From NCBI GenBank assembly GCA_963665295.1, contig OY762209.1, positions 1,216,001 to 1,280,000 of the forward strand: a stretch of DNA of 64,000 nt, read 5' to 3'. Of the stretch, positions 34,481-45,072 are shown one piece after another. The notes beneath the pieces were generated by a model. That model worked only from the letters and a program-made list of their open reading frames with translations. It ran no database searches and was not told the DNA's origin. The DNA is from Syntrophorhabdaceae bacterium. Lineage in GTDB: Bacteria > Desulfobacterota > Syntrophorhabdia > Syntrophorhabdales > Syntrophorhabdaceae. The position numbers and the translations under genes were made by a program. Position 1 is the first letter of the stretch, and every line of letters begins with the position of its first letter.

Positions 34481-37033
34481 TTATTTGCCTCTGCGGGATG
34501 TGCGGTGGGTGGGCACGGCGTTCCAGGGATCGTCGGGCCAGGGGTGCTTCGGATAGCGTCCCTGCAATTCCTTCTTTACCTGGAGGTAACCCTTTTCCCA
34601 GAATCCCGACAGGTCCCGGGTGATCTGGACCGGACGTCCGGCGGGGGACAAGAGGTGAAGAAGAACGGGCACACGCCCGCGTGCGACGGTGGGGGTCGCG
34701 GCGAGGCCGAACATCTCCTGGAGTTTGACGGCCAGGACGGGCAATTCTCCGGTGGTATAGTCGAGGGCAATGCTGCGGCCGCTGGGGACGACGATATCCG
34801 TCGGGGCTTCCCTGTCGAGACGGTAGGCCTGTTCCCGGGAAAGGAGGTCCTTAAGGGCCGGGAGGAGGGCCATCCCCGCGAGTCGCTCTTTCGTGCGGAC
34901 GCCGGCGAGGCGGGGGGAAAGCCATGCTTCCACAGAGGAGAGGAGGGCAGCTTCCGAAAGGTCAGGCCAGTTCTCCCCGGGAAAGGCCCTTCCGAGGAGA
35001 GCGACCCTGCCCTGCAATTGACGGGCTTCTCTCCCGAAGGTGAGGGTGGCGGCCCCTGAGCGGATCGCGTGAGCCAGGATCGGGATAACCTCTTCGTCGG
35101 GGGCGGAAAAAGGCTTGGCCGAAAGGGTCAGCGCACCCAGCCGTTCGGTGAGGAACGAGACAATCCGTCCTTCCTGCCTGTCCCATTCCACCTGTCGCAA
35201 GGTTTCGATATGGGCGCCCAACTCCTCCCTGATGGTCTCCTCGGTGACAGCCTCGGCCATATGGATCGTCCCTTCCGCCTTTTCGCCGCTGTCCAGATGG
35301 ACCGCGACGAGAAAGGGGTTTGCCTTCAGAACGCTCCCCCGGGGGAGACGCACGCCTCTTCCTTGGGCCAGCAGATACCGGTCTTCCCCTTCCGCCCGCC
35401 GGAGGGCGACCCGGTCGGGATAGGCGTGGAGGAGGAGCGAGGAGACGAGGTCACCTTTTATTGTGCAGACCATCCTTCCTGACGGCGCACCCGCCAGTTC
35501 CCGGAGCTGTCCGGCGGCCCGCTCCACGGACTGGAAGGCCTGGGGGTCCGTCCCCGGTGGGGCCTCCTTCTCTTTTCGCCAGTGCTGAAGCATGAAGAGG
35601 CGTTCGCTGATATCGACGCCCTGCCGGTCCCCGTAATCGCGGCGCATAATGTCCCGCTCGGAGAGGAGGGCGGCAAGGTCTGCTCCCAGGCGAAGGTGTC
35701 CCGAGTCGGTTGCCCTGAGGAGCAGACGCCCCAGGCGGGGGTGGAGGGGAAGTCCGGCCATGGCCCGGCCCATGGAAGTCACTGTCCCATTTCCGTTGAG
35801 GGCATCCAGGTCCACGAGGAGACGCCGGGCCCCTTCCCAGGCCCCTTGGGGCGGCGGATCGAGCCAGGACAGGGCCGAGGGGTCCGTCACTCCCCAGGCT
35901 GCCAGTTCCAGAACCAGGGAGGAAAGATCGGAGGTGAGGATCTCCGGCGGTGCAAAGGGGACCATGGAGTCGTACCCATGGCGGCTGTACAGGCGGTAGC
36001 ACGTACCCGGCCCCACGCGCCCCGCCCGCCCCCGGCGCTGGATTGCCGAGGCCCGGGAGATGGTGACCGTCACGAGGCGGTTCATGCCTGTTCCCGGGTC
36101 GTACTGAAGCCTCCTGACCAGGCCGCCGTCGATCACTACCCGGACCCCTTCTATGGTGAGGCTTGTTTCGGCGATATTGGTCGCCAGGACGATTCTCCGC
36201 CTTGCCCCGGGCATAATGGCCCGTTCCTGTTCCGCAAAAGGGAGATCTCCATAAAGGGGATGGAGGGAGACGGGCTCTTTCCCACTGCTGACGATGTCCC
36301 GGAGACTGTCGGCGGCCCGGTGAATTTCTCCGGCCCCGGGCAGGAACACGAGGATGTCCCCCGTCGTGTCTTTCAGGGCAATGCGGACCGCGTTGACCAT
36401 ATGGTCCTTCCAGGTCTCGCCCCGGCCCCCCGGCCGTCCGCCTTCCGGTAAAAAATGCTCTGTCACGGGAAAGGTCTCGCCCGCGGCCGTAATCACCGGG
36501 GCGTCTCCCAGGAGGGCGGCTATGGGCGCGGTTTCAATGGTTGCCGACATGACGAGGAGTTTGAGGTCCTCCCGGAGGCCCCGCTGGATGTCCAGGCTCA
36601 GGGCGAGGGCCATGTCCGCCTGGAGGCTGCGCTCGTGGAATTCATCGAAGATGATCATGGCGACCCCTTCGAGGCCCGGGTCGTCGATGAGACGCCGCGT
36701 AAGGATGCCTTCGGTAACCACCTCCAGGCGGGTCTCTTTTGAAATCCGGCGGTCAAAACGGATGGTGTAGCCGATAGTCTTGCCCACCGCCTCCCCGAGG
36801 AGTCGCGCCATCCAGCGGGCCGCGGCAACCGCCGCGATTCGCCGTGGTTCGAGCATGATGATCCGTCCCTTGGCCGGGGACATGGCCTCGAGGAGAGCCA
36901 GGGGGACGCGGGTCGTCTTGCCGGAGCCCGGCGGAGCCTGAAGCACCACCGCCGGTCCGCCGAGTATCGCCTTTTTCAACTCAGGAAGGACAGGGTCGAT
37001 GGGGCATGGGGGCATGGAATTCGGATATGACAA
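34481..37033 (-). CDS. hrpB: ATP-dependent RNA helicase HrpB
   Basis: APPGSGKTT, DEFHERS, MSAT, QRRGRAGR, C-terminal GRYPKHPWPDDP. Confidence 0.96.
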   Translation of the reverse strand: MSYPNSMPPCPIDPVLPELKKAILGGPAVVLQAPPGSGKTTRVPLALLEAMSPAKGRIIMLEPRRIAAVAAARWMARLLGEAVGKTIGYTIRFDRRISKETRLEVVTEGILTRRLIDDPGLEGVAMIIFDEFHERSLQADMALALSLDIQRGLREDLKLLVMSATIETAPIAALLGDAPVITAAGETFPVTEHFLPEGGRPGGRGETWKDHMVNAVRIALKDTTGDILVFLPGAGEIHRAADSLRDIVSSGKEPVSLHPLYGDLPFAEQERAIMPGARRRIVLATNIAETSLTIEGVRVVIDGGLVRRLQYDPGTGMNRLVTVTISRASAIQRRGRAGRVGPGTCYRLYSRHGYDSMVPFAPPEILTSDLSSLVLELAAWGVTDPSALSWLDPPPQGAWEGARRLLVDLDALNGNGTVTSMGRAMAGLPLHPRLGRLLLRATDSGHLRLGADLAALLSERDIMRRDYGDRQGVDISERLFMLQHWRKEKEAPPGTDPQAFQSVERAAGQLRELAGAPSGRMVCTIKGDLVSSLLLHAYPDRVALRRAEGEDRYLLAQGRGVRLPRGSVLKANPFLVAVHLDSGEKAEGTIHMAEAVTEETIREELGAHIETLRQVEWDRQEGRIVSFLTERLGALTLSAKPFSAPDEEVIPILAHAIRSGAATLTFGREARQLQGRVALLGRAFPGENWPDLSEAALLSSVEAWLSPRLAGVRTKERLAGMALLPALKDLLSREQAYRLDREAPTDIVVPSGRSIALDYTTGELPVLAVKLQEMFGLAATPTVARGRVPVLLHLLSPAGRPVQITRDLSGFWEKGYLQVKKELQGRYPKHPWPDDPWNAVPTHRTSRRGK

Positions 37034-37112
37034 GGTTTCACGTATCCTGTGATGAGAACGTTAATGTTTCTGAGGACTACTATAAAGACAGCCCCCTCCC
37101 AAGTCAAGGAGA

Positions 37113-37250
37113 TTACTTCCCCTTCCGGGTCACATTGAGGGTTTTCTTCTTCCCGTTCCGGTCGAGGACGACAGTCACGGGCCCGGACAGGTTTTTCCTT
37201 GTCTCCGGTCCGAGGCGACGGTGATCCACGATGTCGCGGCCGACCCGTGC
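37113..37250 (-). pseudogene. Relic of a BACON-like C-terminal domain
   Basis: Fragments ATSWITVAS and, in another frame, KNLSGPVTVVLDRNGKKKTLNVTRKGK* resemble the tails of the 46207 and 52095 proteins. Confidence 0.5.
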
Positions 37251-37306
37251 CATGGGCCGAAGGGGATGACAGCGCTCCTTTTCGGGGAGCGCTGTCTGAA
37301 GGTTCG

Positions 37307-39295
37307 CTAGTTCTTGCCTTTGGCGGTCAGTTTTACCGTTACCGTGCCGTGGTTCGGGTCGTCGGAGGCGATGTCTATGAAACCGGTGAAGGTGCCTTCC
37401 GTGGTGGGAGTGAAGGTGGCGTACACGTTACACCCCTGGCTTTTGGCAAGGTGGACCGCGCATTCGCTCGCGTCGATTGAAAAGGACGGCTCGAGGTCAC
37501 GGGGGGTTATACCCGAAAAGGTGAGGGTCGAGGCGCCCGTATTCTTGATCTGGATTGTCTTGTAAGGGGAATTTCCTATCTTTACGGTGCCGAAATTGAC
37601 GCTGCCCGGAGAGACGGATATCTTCGGAGGCGGGTTGAAGGTGGCGGTCACGCCCCGTGAAGCGGACATGGTTACATTGCAGACGAGGCCCGTGTCGGAG
37701 ATCGTGTCGCAGTCGCTCCACTCGTCGAGGTACGCGCCTGTGGCGGGATTCGCGGTAAGGGTCACCGCCGTGCCCGGGGCATAGAGCCACTTGCAGACGG
37801 ACCCGTAGGCGCAGGTGGACCCGCCCGAGGTGACGGCGCCTTTTTTGTTGCCGTTTACGGTGAGTTCAAGGGTAACCGTGGGGCCGAGGAGTTCATAGGC
37901 TTCGCCCGCATTGATCCTCTGCTTTGTCACGTCCGGACACTTGCCCGAGTCGGTGACGGTGAGTCCCGTGGATGTGAGGGAGGCGAGAATGTCATCCACG
38001 GTGGAAGCGGGGTGTCCCTGTTTGAGGAGCGCCCATGCCCCCGCCACGTGGGGTGTCGCCATGGAAGTGCCGTTCTTGTACGCATATTTCTTGCCCGGAA
38101 TGGATGAGTTGATTTCGACGCCGGGGGCGAAAAGGGTGAGAAAGGACGCGCTGTTCGAAGAGGATGCCACGGATTCGGATTCGTCCGTGGAACCGACGCT
38201 GATGGACGTGGAGATACACGCGGGGGCGCCCATGGCGCCGCAAAAGCCGTCGTTGCCGCTCGCGATGATGGTGGCGATGCCCGCGGCCCGCAGGTTGTCG
38301 ATGGCCGGCTTCCGCGAATTCGTGTCACAGTTTTCCGTGTATTCGCCGCCGCCCAGGCTCATATTGACGGAAGCGATGGCATAGGTGTCCTTTAGCGCGT
38401 AGACCCTTTCGAGGGCCTTCAACTGATCGGAGACGAAGCTTTTCACACACGGGGCCCTTCCGCCACAGTCCGCATCGTCATCGTATCGCGAAAACACCTG
38501 TATGGCGATGATTTTCGCCTCCGGCGCCGCGCCGGGTCCCGGGCTTCCCGCCACATTGTCCCGTCCCGCCGCAATGCCTGCCACGTGGGTGCCGTGGTCG
38601 CACTTTCCGGAAGGACAGGAGCCCCCATAGGGCATTGCGGAACCCGATTTTACCGATTCCGTTACCCCGCCGGGACAGAGGGACCTGGTCCTGCCGGGAT
38701 CTTTGGTCGAGTAACATGCCTCGGACACGACACTGTCCTTGAGAAAGGGATGGTTCTTGTCCACACCGGTATCGAGAATGGCGATAGTCATGCCGTATCC
38801 GCCGACGCCCGAGGTTTGAAGCGCCGCGGCCCCGATCCGGGCCACGCTCCAGTCGGTGAAGGGGAGATCGGCCGCATCTTCCTCGATGCCCGCCACGAGC
38901 GGCGAGGCGATGAGGGCATCGAGGGCCGCTTCATTGACGGTCATGGCGAGATAAGGGATATACCGGTATTCATGGACGGCCGAAGGCTTGTGTCCCAATC
39001 CGGCCAGTTCTCCGGTGAGCCTTTCCTGGGCGCGGGAGATGGAGGAGCGTTGAGCCGCAGCCTCAGCCGCCGGCAACGCGGGCTCGGCCGTAAAGGGGAC
39101 CTCGAGGCGGACCAGGACCTTTACGGTCCGGACGGTCTTTGCTTTCCCGTAGAGCGCGGCGTATCCCCCGGGACTCGTGACCTTCGCCTTGTCCGTTGTC
39201 CCGGCCGGGCCGGACAAACCGACGCTTACCATTATCGTCACAAAGATGCACGTCATTGCGACGACTCCTGCCCACTTCAAAATGCGGTTGATCAT
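37307..39295 (-). CDS. Secreted S8 subtilisin-like peptidase with Ig-like C-terminal domains
   Basis: Triad ILDTG / HGTHVAG / GTSMATP; InlB-B-repeat-like and ASH-like domains; RBS AAGGAGG. Confidence 0.93.
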   Translation of the reverse strand: MINRILKWAGVVAMTCIFVTIMVSVGLSGPAGTTDKAKVTSPGGYAALYGKAKTVRTVKVLVRLEVPFTAEPALPAAEAAAQRSSISRAQERLTGELAGLGHKPSAVHEYRYIPYLAMTVNEAALDALIASPLVAGIEEDAADLPFTDWSVARIGAAALQTSGVGGYGMTIAILDTGVDKNHPFLKDSVVSEACYSTKDPGRTRSLCPGGVTESVKSGSAMPYGGSCPSGKCDHGTHVAGIAAGRDNVAGSPGPGAAPEAKIIAIQVFSRYDDDADCGGRAPCVKSFVSDQLKALERVYALKDTYAIASVNMSLGGGEYTENCDTNSRKPAIDNLRAAGIATIIASGNDGFCGAMGAPACISTSISVGSTDESESVASSSNSASFLTLFAPGVEINSSIPGKKYAYKNGTSMATPHVAGAWALLKQGHPASTVDDILASLTSTGLTVTDSGKCPDVTKQRINAGEAYELLGPTVTLELTVNGNKKGAVTSGGSTCAYGSVCKWLYAPGTAVTLTANPATGAYLDEWSDCDTISDTGLVCNVTMSASRGVTATFNPPPKISVSPGSVNFGTVKIGNSPYKTIQIKNTGASTLTFSGITPRDLEPSFSIDASECAVHLAKSQGCNVYATFTPTTEGTFTGFIDIASDDPNHGTVTVKLTAKGKN

Positions 39296-39551
39296 GGCGC
39301 CTCCTTCAGTCGTTTTTTGCGTCCCCCTCTTTGCGGCGACGATGCGGATTTTGATGCAGGGGGAGTATTGAGGCCCCCCGGTCCGGTTATTATGCCCGTG
39401 AGACCCGGGGACTGTCAATTTAAATCAGCGCCATGTCCCATGGCGGAAAAACACCTGTCCTCGGCGACGGCGGGCCGCCCGATTCTTTCCTTGACCAGCC
39501 AAATTCCGGTGTTATAGTATAGTAGCATCCATCACACGCAAGGGGGACGAT

Positions 39552-39998
39552 ATGTTCAAGGAATTCAAGGATTTTGCGATAAAGGGGAATGTCCTCGACA
39601 TGGCCGTGGGCATAATAATAGGCGCGGCCTTCGGTACGATCATCAAGTCGCTCGTGGACGACGTTCTCATGCCCCCGGTCGGCCTCCTTCTCGGCAACGT
39701 GGACTTTTCGAACCTCTTTGCAGTACTCAGGGAAGGAAAGGTGGCCGGACCCTATGTCAACCTCGCCGCGGCCAAGGCAGCCGGGGCCGTGACCCTGAAC
39801 ATAGGCCTCTTCATAAATACCGTCATCAGCTTTGTCATAGTCGCCTTCTCGGTCTTTCTGGTCGTCAAGAACGTGAACAGGTTCAAGAAGGCCCCGCCGC
39901 CGCCCGAACCGGCTACAAAGAACTGTCCCTTCTGTTTCACGGCGATCCCGGTGAAGGCGACCCGCTGCCCCAATTGCACATCGGAACTGAAATCGTAG
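39552..39998 (+). CDS. mscL: Large-conductance mechanosensitive channel
   Basis: [27 protein letters not shown]-terminal CPFC/CPNC ribbon. Confidence 0.96.
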   Translation: MFKEFKDFAIKGNVLDMAVGIIIGAAFGTIIKSLVDDVLMPPVGLLLGNVDFSNLFAVLREGKVAGPYVNLAAAKAAGAVTLNIGLFINTVISFVIVAFSVFLVVKNVNRFKKAPPPPEPATKNCPFCFTAIPVKATRCPNCTSELKS

Positions 39999-40014
39999 GA
40001 GGGGAAAGGCGGAC

Positions 40015-40452
40015 ATGGCGACCTTATTTACTATCGGCTTCACCCAGAAGACGGCGGAGGAGTTCTTTTCAAGACTGAAGAGGGCCGAAGTGAGGCGCAT
40101 CCTCGATATAAGGCTCAATAACAGTTCGCAGTTGGCCGGTTTCGCGAAGCAGAAGGACCTTGAATACTTCCTGAAAGAGATCGGGGGAATCCACTACCTC
40201 CACGTGCCCCTCCTGTGCCCGACCGCCGGGATCATGGACGCCTACAAGAAACACGAGATAACGTGGCAGGAATTCGAGCCGAGGTTTACGGGCCTCATGG
40301 CGGAAAGACACGCGGAAGAGATGCTGAGCATGGAACTGCTCGACCACGGTTGCCTGCTCTGTAGTGAAGACAAGCCCGACCGTTGCCACCGCCGGATAGC
40401 GGCTCAATACCTGTCGCAAAAATTCGGCGGCCTGGAAGTAGTCCATTTGTAA
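40015..40452 (+). CDS. DUF488-family protein
   Basis: LFTIGF, DIRL, CLLCSE, CHRR motifs. Confidence 0.88.
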   Translation: MATLFTIGFTQKTAEEFFSRLKRAEVRRILDIRLNNSSQLAGFAKQKDLEYFLKEIGGIHYLHVPLLCPTAGIMDAYKKHEITWQEFEPRFTGLMAERHAEEMLSMELLDHGCLLCSEDKPDRCHRRIAAQYLSQKFGGLEVVHL

Positions 40453-40604
40453 ACCTCCCGCCTCGTGACATCTGTCCGCCAAGGCCGCGTTATAACGGGC
40501 TTTTGGAGGCATTTCACGGGTTTAAGGACCGGCCGGACGCAAGTTTGTTGCGGACGACTCGTTTTTTCGTTTGATAGTTTGTTTTTTTGTGCTATTCGTA
40601 TCAT

Positions 40605-41999
40605 ATGGGGAAAGGCAGAGAACTCAAGGACGATCTTTGTGAGCACGCCGGTACTTTTTACCAGACCGTAGTTGAAGAGCTGAAAGACTGGCAGGGGTTT
40701 GTGCGTTCGGCATGGCCCCTGCTTCTGTTATTGTTTGTCGCCCTCGGGCTTGTGATCTGGTTTGCCAAGCCGGCGCCCCCGAAACATGTGGTGATGGCCT
40801 CCGGAAAAGGCGGGTCTTACAAGGTGCTGGCTCAAAAGTATGTCGATTTTTTTCGCAAGAACGGCGTTACCCTGGAGTTGTTTCCCACCAACGGCGCCCA
40901 GGAAAACCTGGCCCGCTTGAAAGACCGCAACGATCCGGTTCTTGCGGCCTTTGTTCAGGGCGGAATAGTCAAACCTGACCAGACATCGGGACTTCTGTCT
41001 CTGGGCAGCGTGGATTATGAACCGGTGTGGTTCTTTTACCGCAGCAGCAAGGCCATAGAGAACGACAAAGATTTCCATCGTCTTCGGAGGATGAGGATTT
41101 CCGTCGGGCCGGAGGGCAGCGGGACCCACGCGCAGGCGCTCCATATCCTCGATTTCAACGGCATCGCACGGGGCTCCACCTTGCTGACCATGACGAACCC
41201 CGACGCTGTCCGGGCGCTCCGGCAAGGAGAGATCGACGCGGTATTTCTTGTTGACGGTATTGAATCAAAGGAAGTTCAAGCCTTGCTCAGGGACCCGTCA
41301 ATTCGCCTCGCCGACTTCCGGCGGGCCGCCGCCTACGCCCGGCTGTTGCCTTTCATTCAGAAGCTGGAGGTGCCCATGGGCGGGTTTGACCTGGTGCGTA
41401 ATTTCCCTCCCCGGGATATACAGCTCATCGGAACGACGACCAACCTGTTGATCGACGACCGGATGCACCCTGCCATTCAAATGCTGTTTATGCAGGCAGC
41501 CCAGGAGATCAACGGAAAGCAGAGCTATTTCGCCTCCAGGGGCGAATTCCCTTCCTTTAAAGACCCCGCGGTGACGGAGAGCAAAGTGGCTGTTCGCTTT
41601 CACCAAAAGGGCCCTCCCTTCCTGATGGATTACCTGCCCTTCTGGCTGGCGGAGTTTGTTGACAGGATGTTCTTCCTCCTGGTGCCCTTTTTTGCCTTTG
41701 CCTACCCGATTATCAAGGCAATGCCGGAGTATCGCGTCAAACCGGCAAAAAACAGGATCAGCAGGATTTACGGCGAGTTGAAGTTCTTCGAACAGGAACT
41801 GGCACGGTCCTATGACCCCGCACAACACGAAGAGTATATCCGGCGGCTCAACATCCTGGAGGGTAAAGTCCTGGGGATGAAATTCCCCCAGAACCTCGCC
41901 GGCAATTACTACAGCGTGCGCAAGGATATCGACTTCGTTCGCGGCCGCCTGAGCCGCGAAAACCCCTATGCCGCCAAAGCAAGCTGCGAGGACGCGTAG
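40605..41999 (+). CDS. TAXI-type TRAP solute-binding-like membrane-anchored protein
   Basis: N-terminal TM, AFVQGG, YEPVW, VGPEGSGT, HPAIQ, YLPFWLA. Confidence 0.85.
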   Translation: MGKGRELKDDLCEHAGTFYQTVVEELKDWQGFVRSAWPLLLLLFVALGLVIWFAKPAPPKHVVMASGKGGSYKVLAQKYVDFFRKNGVTLELFPTNGAQENLARLKDRNDPVLAAFVQGGIVKPDQTSGLLSLGSVDYEPVWFFYRSSKAIENDKDFHRLRRMRISVGPEGSGTHAQALHILDFNGIARGSTLLTMTNPDAVRALRQGEIDAVFLVDGIESKEVQALLRDPSIRLADFRRAAAYARLLPFIQKLEVPMGGFDLVRNFPPRDIQLIGTTTNLLIDDRMHPAIQMLFMQAAQEINGKQSYFASRGEFPSFKDPAVTESKVAVRFHQKGPPFLMDYLPFWLAEFVDRMFFLLVPFFAFAYPIIKAMPEYRVKPAKNRISRIYGELKFFEQELARSYDPAQHEEYIRRLNILEGKVLGMKFPQNLAGNYYSVRKDIDFVRGRLSRENPYAAKASCEDA

Positions 42000-42050
42000 A
42001 GGGCCGGGATATTCCCCGTCTTTGCGCCGCCAGGGAGGTACGACAAGGAC

Positions 42051-42713
42051 ATGATAAGTGAAAAGCAAAGCGAAGAACTTTTCGGCCTTTATCCCGTGCT
42101 GTCGAAGGTTGACCGGGAGCTTCTTACGCAGGCGCTCTCTCGTGCAATACCCGTCACCCTGAAGGCGGGCACGGTGATTTTCGAAGAACTCCAGCCCTGC
42201 AACGCGTTTCCCTTCATCCTTTCCGGGAATATCCGTGTGTACAAACAATCGGTCAATGGAAGGGAGTTGTCCCTCTATAACGTCACTTCCGGGGATGCGT
42301 GCGTGGTGACGGCCGGTTGTCTTCTTGGCGATGATCCATATAACGCGTGCGGTCTGGCGGAAAAGGACAGCGTGCTCGTCATGATGACCGCCGATGATTT
42401 CGAAACCCTTTTAGGTTCGAGGGTGTTCCGGGAGTTCATCTTTTCCTTGTTTTCAAAGAGGATTTCAGAGCTGATGCAACTGGTCGAGGAGGTTGCGTTT
42501 CAGAAGCTGGACAAACGTCTCGCCTCCTTGTTGCTCCGGCGGGGCAGGTACATAAGGATGTCTCACCAGGAGCTGGCCGACGAACTCGGCACGGTCCGGG
42601 AAATGATCACGAGATTGTTGAAGAGTTTCTCCGATGCCGGTTTGATAGCCCTGGGCCGGGAACGGATAGAAATTCTCGATGAATCCGCCTTGAAAGATAT
42701 GCATGAAAGCTGA
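42051..42713 (+). CDS. Crp/Fnr-family transcriptional regulator
   Basis: cNMP-binding fold plus HTH SHQELADELGTVREMITRLL. Confidence 0.94.
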   Translation: MISEKQSEELFGLYPVLSKVDRELLTQALSRAIPVTLKAGTVIFEELQPCNAFPFILSGNIRVYKQSVNGRELSLYNVTSGDACVVTAGCLLGDDPYNACGLAEKDSVLVMMTADDFETLLGSRVFREFIFSLFSKRISELMQLVEEVAFQKLDKRLASLLLRRGRYIRMSHQELADELGTVREMITRLLKSFSDAGLIALGRERIEILDESALKDMHES

Positions 42714-42725
42714 AAAACAGCCCTG

Positions 42726-42741
42726 TGTAACTTAAGTTACA
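42726..42741. promoter_or_regulatory. Perfect 16-bp palindrome, probable Crp/Fnr-family site
   Basis: TGTAACTTAAGTTACA just after the Crp/Fnr gene. Confidence 0.65.
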
Positions 42742-42831
42742 GACTCCCCCTTCAATGATCTGGTAAGAATAACGCATCCTTTGCAGGAGGAGGGTGCGTA
42801 TGGGAAAGACCGTAAAACAGGGAAGGGAATC

Positions 42832-43020
42832 ATGGATATCGCGGCAATGGGAACAGGAGGGACAGGGGGATATTTCGGGGGGCTCCTCGCCTGGGCGGGC
42901 GAAAAGGTTACTTTCATTGCCCGTGGGACCCACCTTGCCCTTTTCTGCGTGAAAGCATACGACAACGCGACGGCCGCCGAATAGGCGCGGCCCTTGGCGG
43001 GGTCATGTACGCTGCTTTGA
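42832..43020 (+). pseudogene. Internally deleted ketopantoate reductase (PanE/ApbA) relic
   Basis: MDIAAMGTGGTGGYFGGLLA..VTFIARG joined directly to LFCVKAYD, then TAG and ARPLAG. Confidence 0.8.
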
Positions 43021-43051
43021 AACCTTATATAAATGGGAGGCCATCCTTTTC

Positions 43052-43957
43052 ATGAATGACAGAAGCTTCATGGGAAACAGCGCAGCCTTCGCTGCCGCCG
43101 CGTTGTTCGGGGCCTCCGTGGTCGCTACCCGGGTGGCGGTGGGAAGCGTTCCCCCCTTGAGCCTTGCCTTTCTCCGGTTCGCCCAGGGAGGGCTGATCCT
43201 GCTCATCTTCCTGCTCATTTGCCGTCCGGGCCTGCTGCGCATCAAACCGGGCGACCTGCCGTACCTTGCCCTCATGGGGGCGGTTCTCTTCACCGTCTTT
43301 CCCGTGACCTTCAACGTGGGCCTGAAGTTTACTGAAGCCTCGCGGGGCGCCCTCATGCTGTCCACCATGCCCTTGTGGAGCGCATGGCTCGCCCGCATCG
43401 CGAAAAGCGAGCACCTGACCTTGCGCCAGGTCGGGGGGATCGTCCTCACCCTGAGCGGGGTGGCCGTGGTCCTTATCGAGCGGGGCTTGAGGTGGAAAGG
43501 GGGCGGCTTCGCCCTTGTGGGCGATCTGCTTATGCTCCTCACCGCGGTCTCCGGGGCTGTTTACGGGGTCCTGGCCCAGAAGATGTTAAAGAAATACAAG
43601 GCCTTGACGGTGACCACCTATGCCATGCTCATTGGGACATGCCTCCTGATCCCCGCAGCCCTTGTGGAGGGGCTTCCCCTGGCTCTGGCCGGGATCGACG
43701 CCCGGACCGCCTTACTCATCCTGTTTTTGGGCATTTGCGGCGGTGCTATCGGTTATTACCTGTGGACACTGGCCCTGGCCCATCTCACGCCCACCCAGGT
43801 TGCGGTCTACGTAAACCTGAACCCCATGGTGGCGGCCGCCCTCGGGGCCGCGCTCCTGGCCGAAAAGCCGACCCCCGTCTTCATTGTCTGTTTCGTCGCG
43901 GTTATTGCCGGCGTCCTCCTTGTCAATTGGCCGGCGAAACCCGGCGCGAAGCCGTAA
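43052..43957 (+). CDS. EamA/DMT-family transporter
   Basis: About 10 TMs in two EamA repeats. Confidence 0.92.
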   Translation: MNDRSFMGNSAAFAAAALFGASVVATRVAVGSVPPLSLAFLRFAQGGLILLIFLLICRPGLLRIKPGDLPYLALMGAVLFTVFPVTFNVGLKFTEASRGALMLSTMPLWSAWLARIAKSEHLTLRQVGGIVLTLSGVAVVLIERGLRWKGGGFALVGDLLMLLTAVSGAVYGVLAQKMLKKYKALTVTTYAMLIGTCLLIPAALVEGLPLALAGIDARTALLILFLGICGGAIGYYLWTLALAHLTPTQVAVYVNLNPMVAAALGAALLAEKPTPVFIVCFVAVIAGVLLVNWPAKPGAKP

Positions 43958-44093
43958 CCCGGGCACTTCCCTTATTAATTCGTTTTGTTGAGTGCAAAAA
44001 TTTATTGACATGATCGCGGAAGGATAGCAGAATAGAATTCTGACGCACGATCGCTTTGTGTCGAGGACGAATACTACTGCGGGGGGCTACAGT

Positions 44094-44498
44094 ATGGGAG
44101 ATATTTGCGCCGCTTTGAAGCTCGTGACGGACAGTTCTTCACAACTTTCGGCTTGGGCCCTTATGGTTATCGGCGGGTCCGTGGCTGCCATTGTCGGCAC
44201 CTCTTATCGGCGTCCGGACGCCCGGTCATTGCGGCTGCCTTTTCTCTTATTTATTCCCGGATGGATATGCTTAGGTTATTCCCTGTACCTTAGCAACGGG
44301 ATAATGGGAAAGTACCTGGCCTCGGTCATGGTTCACAATGAGGATATCGTGAAGGACATTGCTTCCCAGGTCAATGACATTTACGGGAGGCAGCGTGATT
44401 TCCTTCTCTGGTCTCTGGTGTTCTTCGGCGTATGGCTGTTGATCTATCTGGCCTCCTGGATATTCGTGGAGACCTTTCAAAAAGGAGACAAGAAATGA
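44094..44498 (+). CDS. Hypothetical membrane protein (3 TM)
   Basis: Three hydrophobic segments; stop overlaps next start (ATGA). Confidence 0.7.
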   Translation: MGDICAALKLVTDSSSQLSAWALMVIGGSVAAIVGTSYRRPDARSLRLPFLLFIPGWICLGYSLYLSNGIMGKYLASVMVHNEDIVKDIASQVNDIYGRQRDFLLWSLVFFGVWLLIYLASWIFVETFQKGDKK

Positions 44499-44938
44499 AA
44501 GAGATTGTGCCTGCATTGCTTCTGTTGCTTGCTGCAACCGGTGTCTCGGCCCACGACTGTGATTGCTTCAATTACCCCTTCCGGCCGAATCCGCCTTGCT
44601 TCGGCAAGTGTGTCGGCGACTTGGCCAAGTCGAAAGGTTCGGATCTATCGAAAGTAAAGGGCCTCGATCCCAAGGTGGCCGACGGAATCAAGTTTCTGGC
44701 CAAGGACAAATACCTTAAGGCCACGGATTTCGAGGGCATAAAAGGAAAGGGAGACCTGGATCTCACAGTATCAAAGTGGCTGGATTCTGACAAGATAGCT
44801 GCGGACCGCAAAATGAAGTTCGACAAGGACCCTATGAAGGACAAGGAGACGAAGTTCGACAAGGACTCTATGAAAGGCTCGGAGATGAAGTTCAACAAGG
44901 GCGCGGTGAAGGGCCCGGCGGGCGGAGGCGGAAAATAG
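44495..44938 (+). CDS. Hypothetical secreted protein with Cys-rich N-terminus and C-terminal repeats
   Basis: RBS AAGGAG, signal peptide ending VSA, HDCDC...PCFGKC. Confidence 0.7.
   Translation: MKEIVPALLLLLAATGVSAHDCDCFNYPFRPNPPCFGKCVGDLAKSKGSDLSKVKGLDPKVADGIKFLAKDKYLKATDFEGIKGKGDLDLTVSKWLDSDKIAADRKMKFDKDPMKDKETKFDKDSMKGSEMKFNKGAVKGPAGGGGK
44813..44901 (+). repeat. 36-bp coding tandem repeat, about 2.5 copies
   Basis: A(T/C)GAAGTTC(G/A)ACAAGG repeated every 36 nt (KFDKD[P/S]MK). Confidence 0.75.
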
Positions 44939-45072
44939 ACGGGGCGGTGGTTTGAAGGAAACGAGAGCCTTGTCGGGTCACGTCTTTGGAGAGTGAGGAA
45001 CGGGACCGGCGCTTCAAATCCGGCGTTGAACCGTTTATGGCAGGGCTCGAAATTACTGAGGGAGATGAATCA

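Noticed and set aside
42982..42984. Pyrrolysine/amber readthrough in panE
   Set aside because: The gene is also internally deleted and ends 12 codons later, so it is a pseudogene
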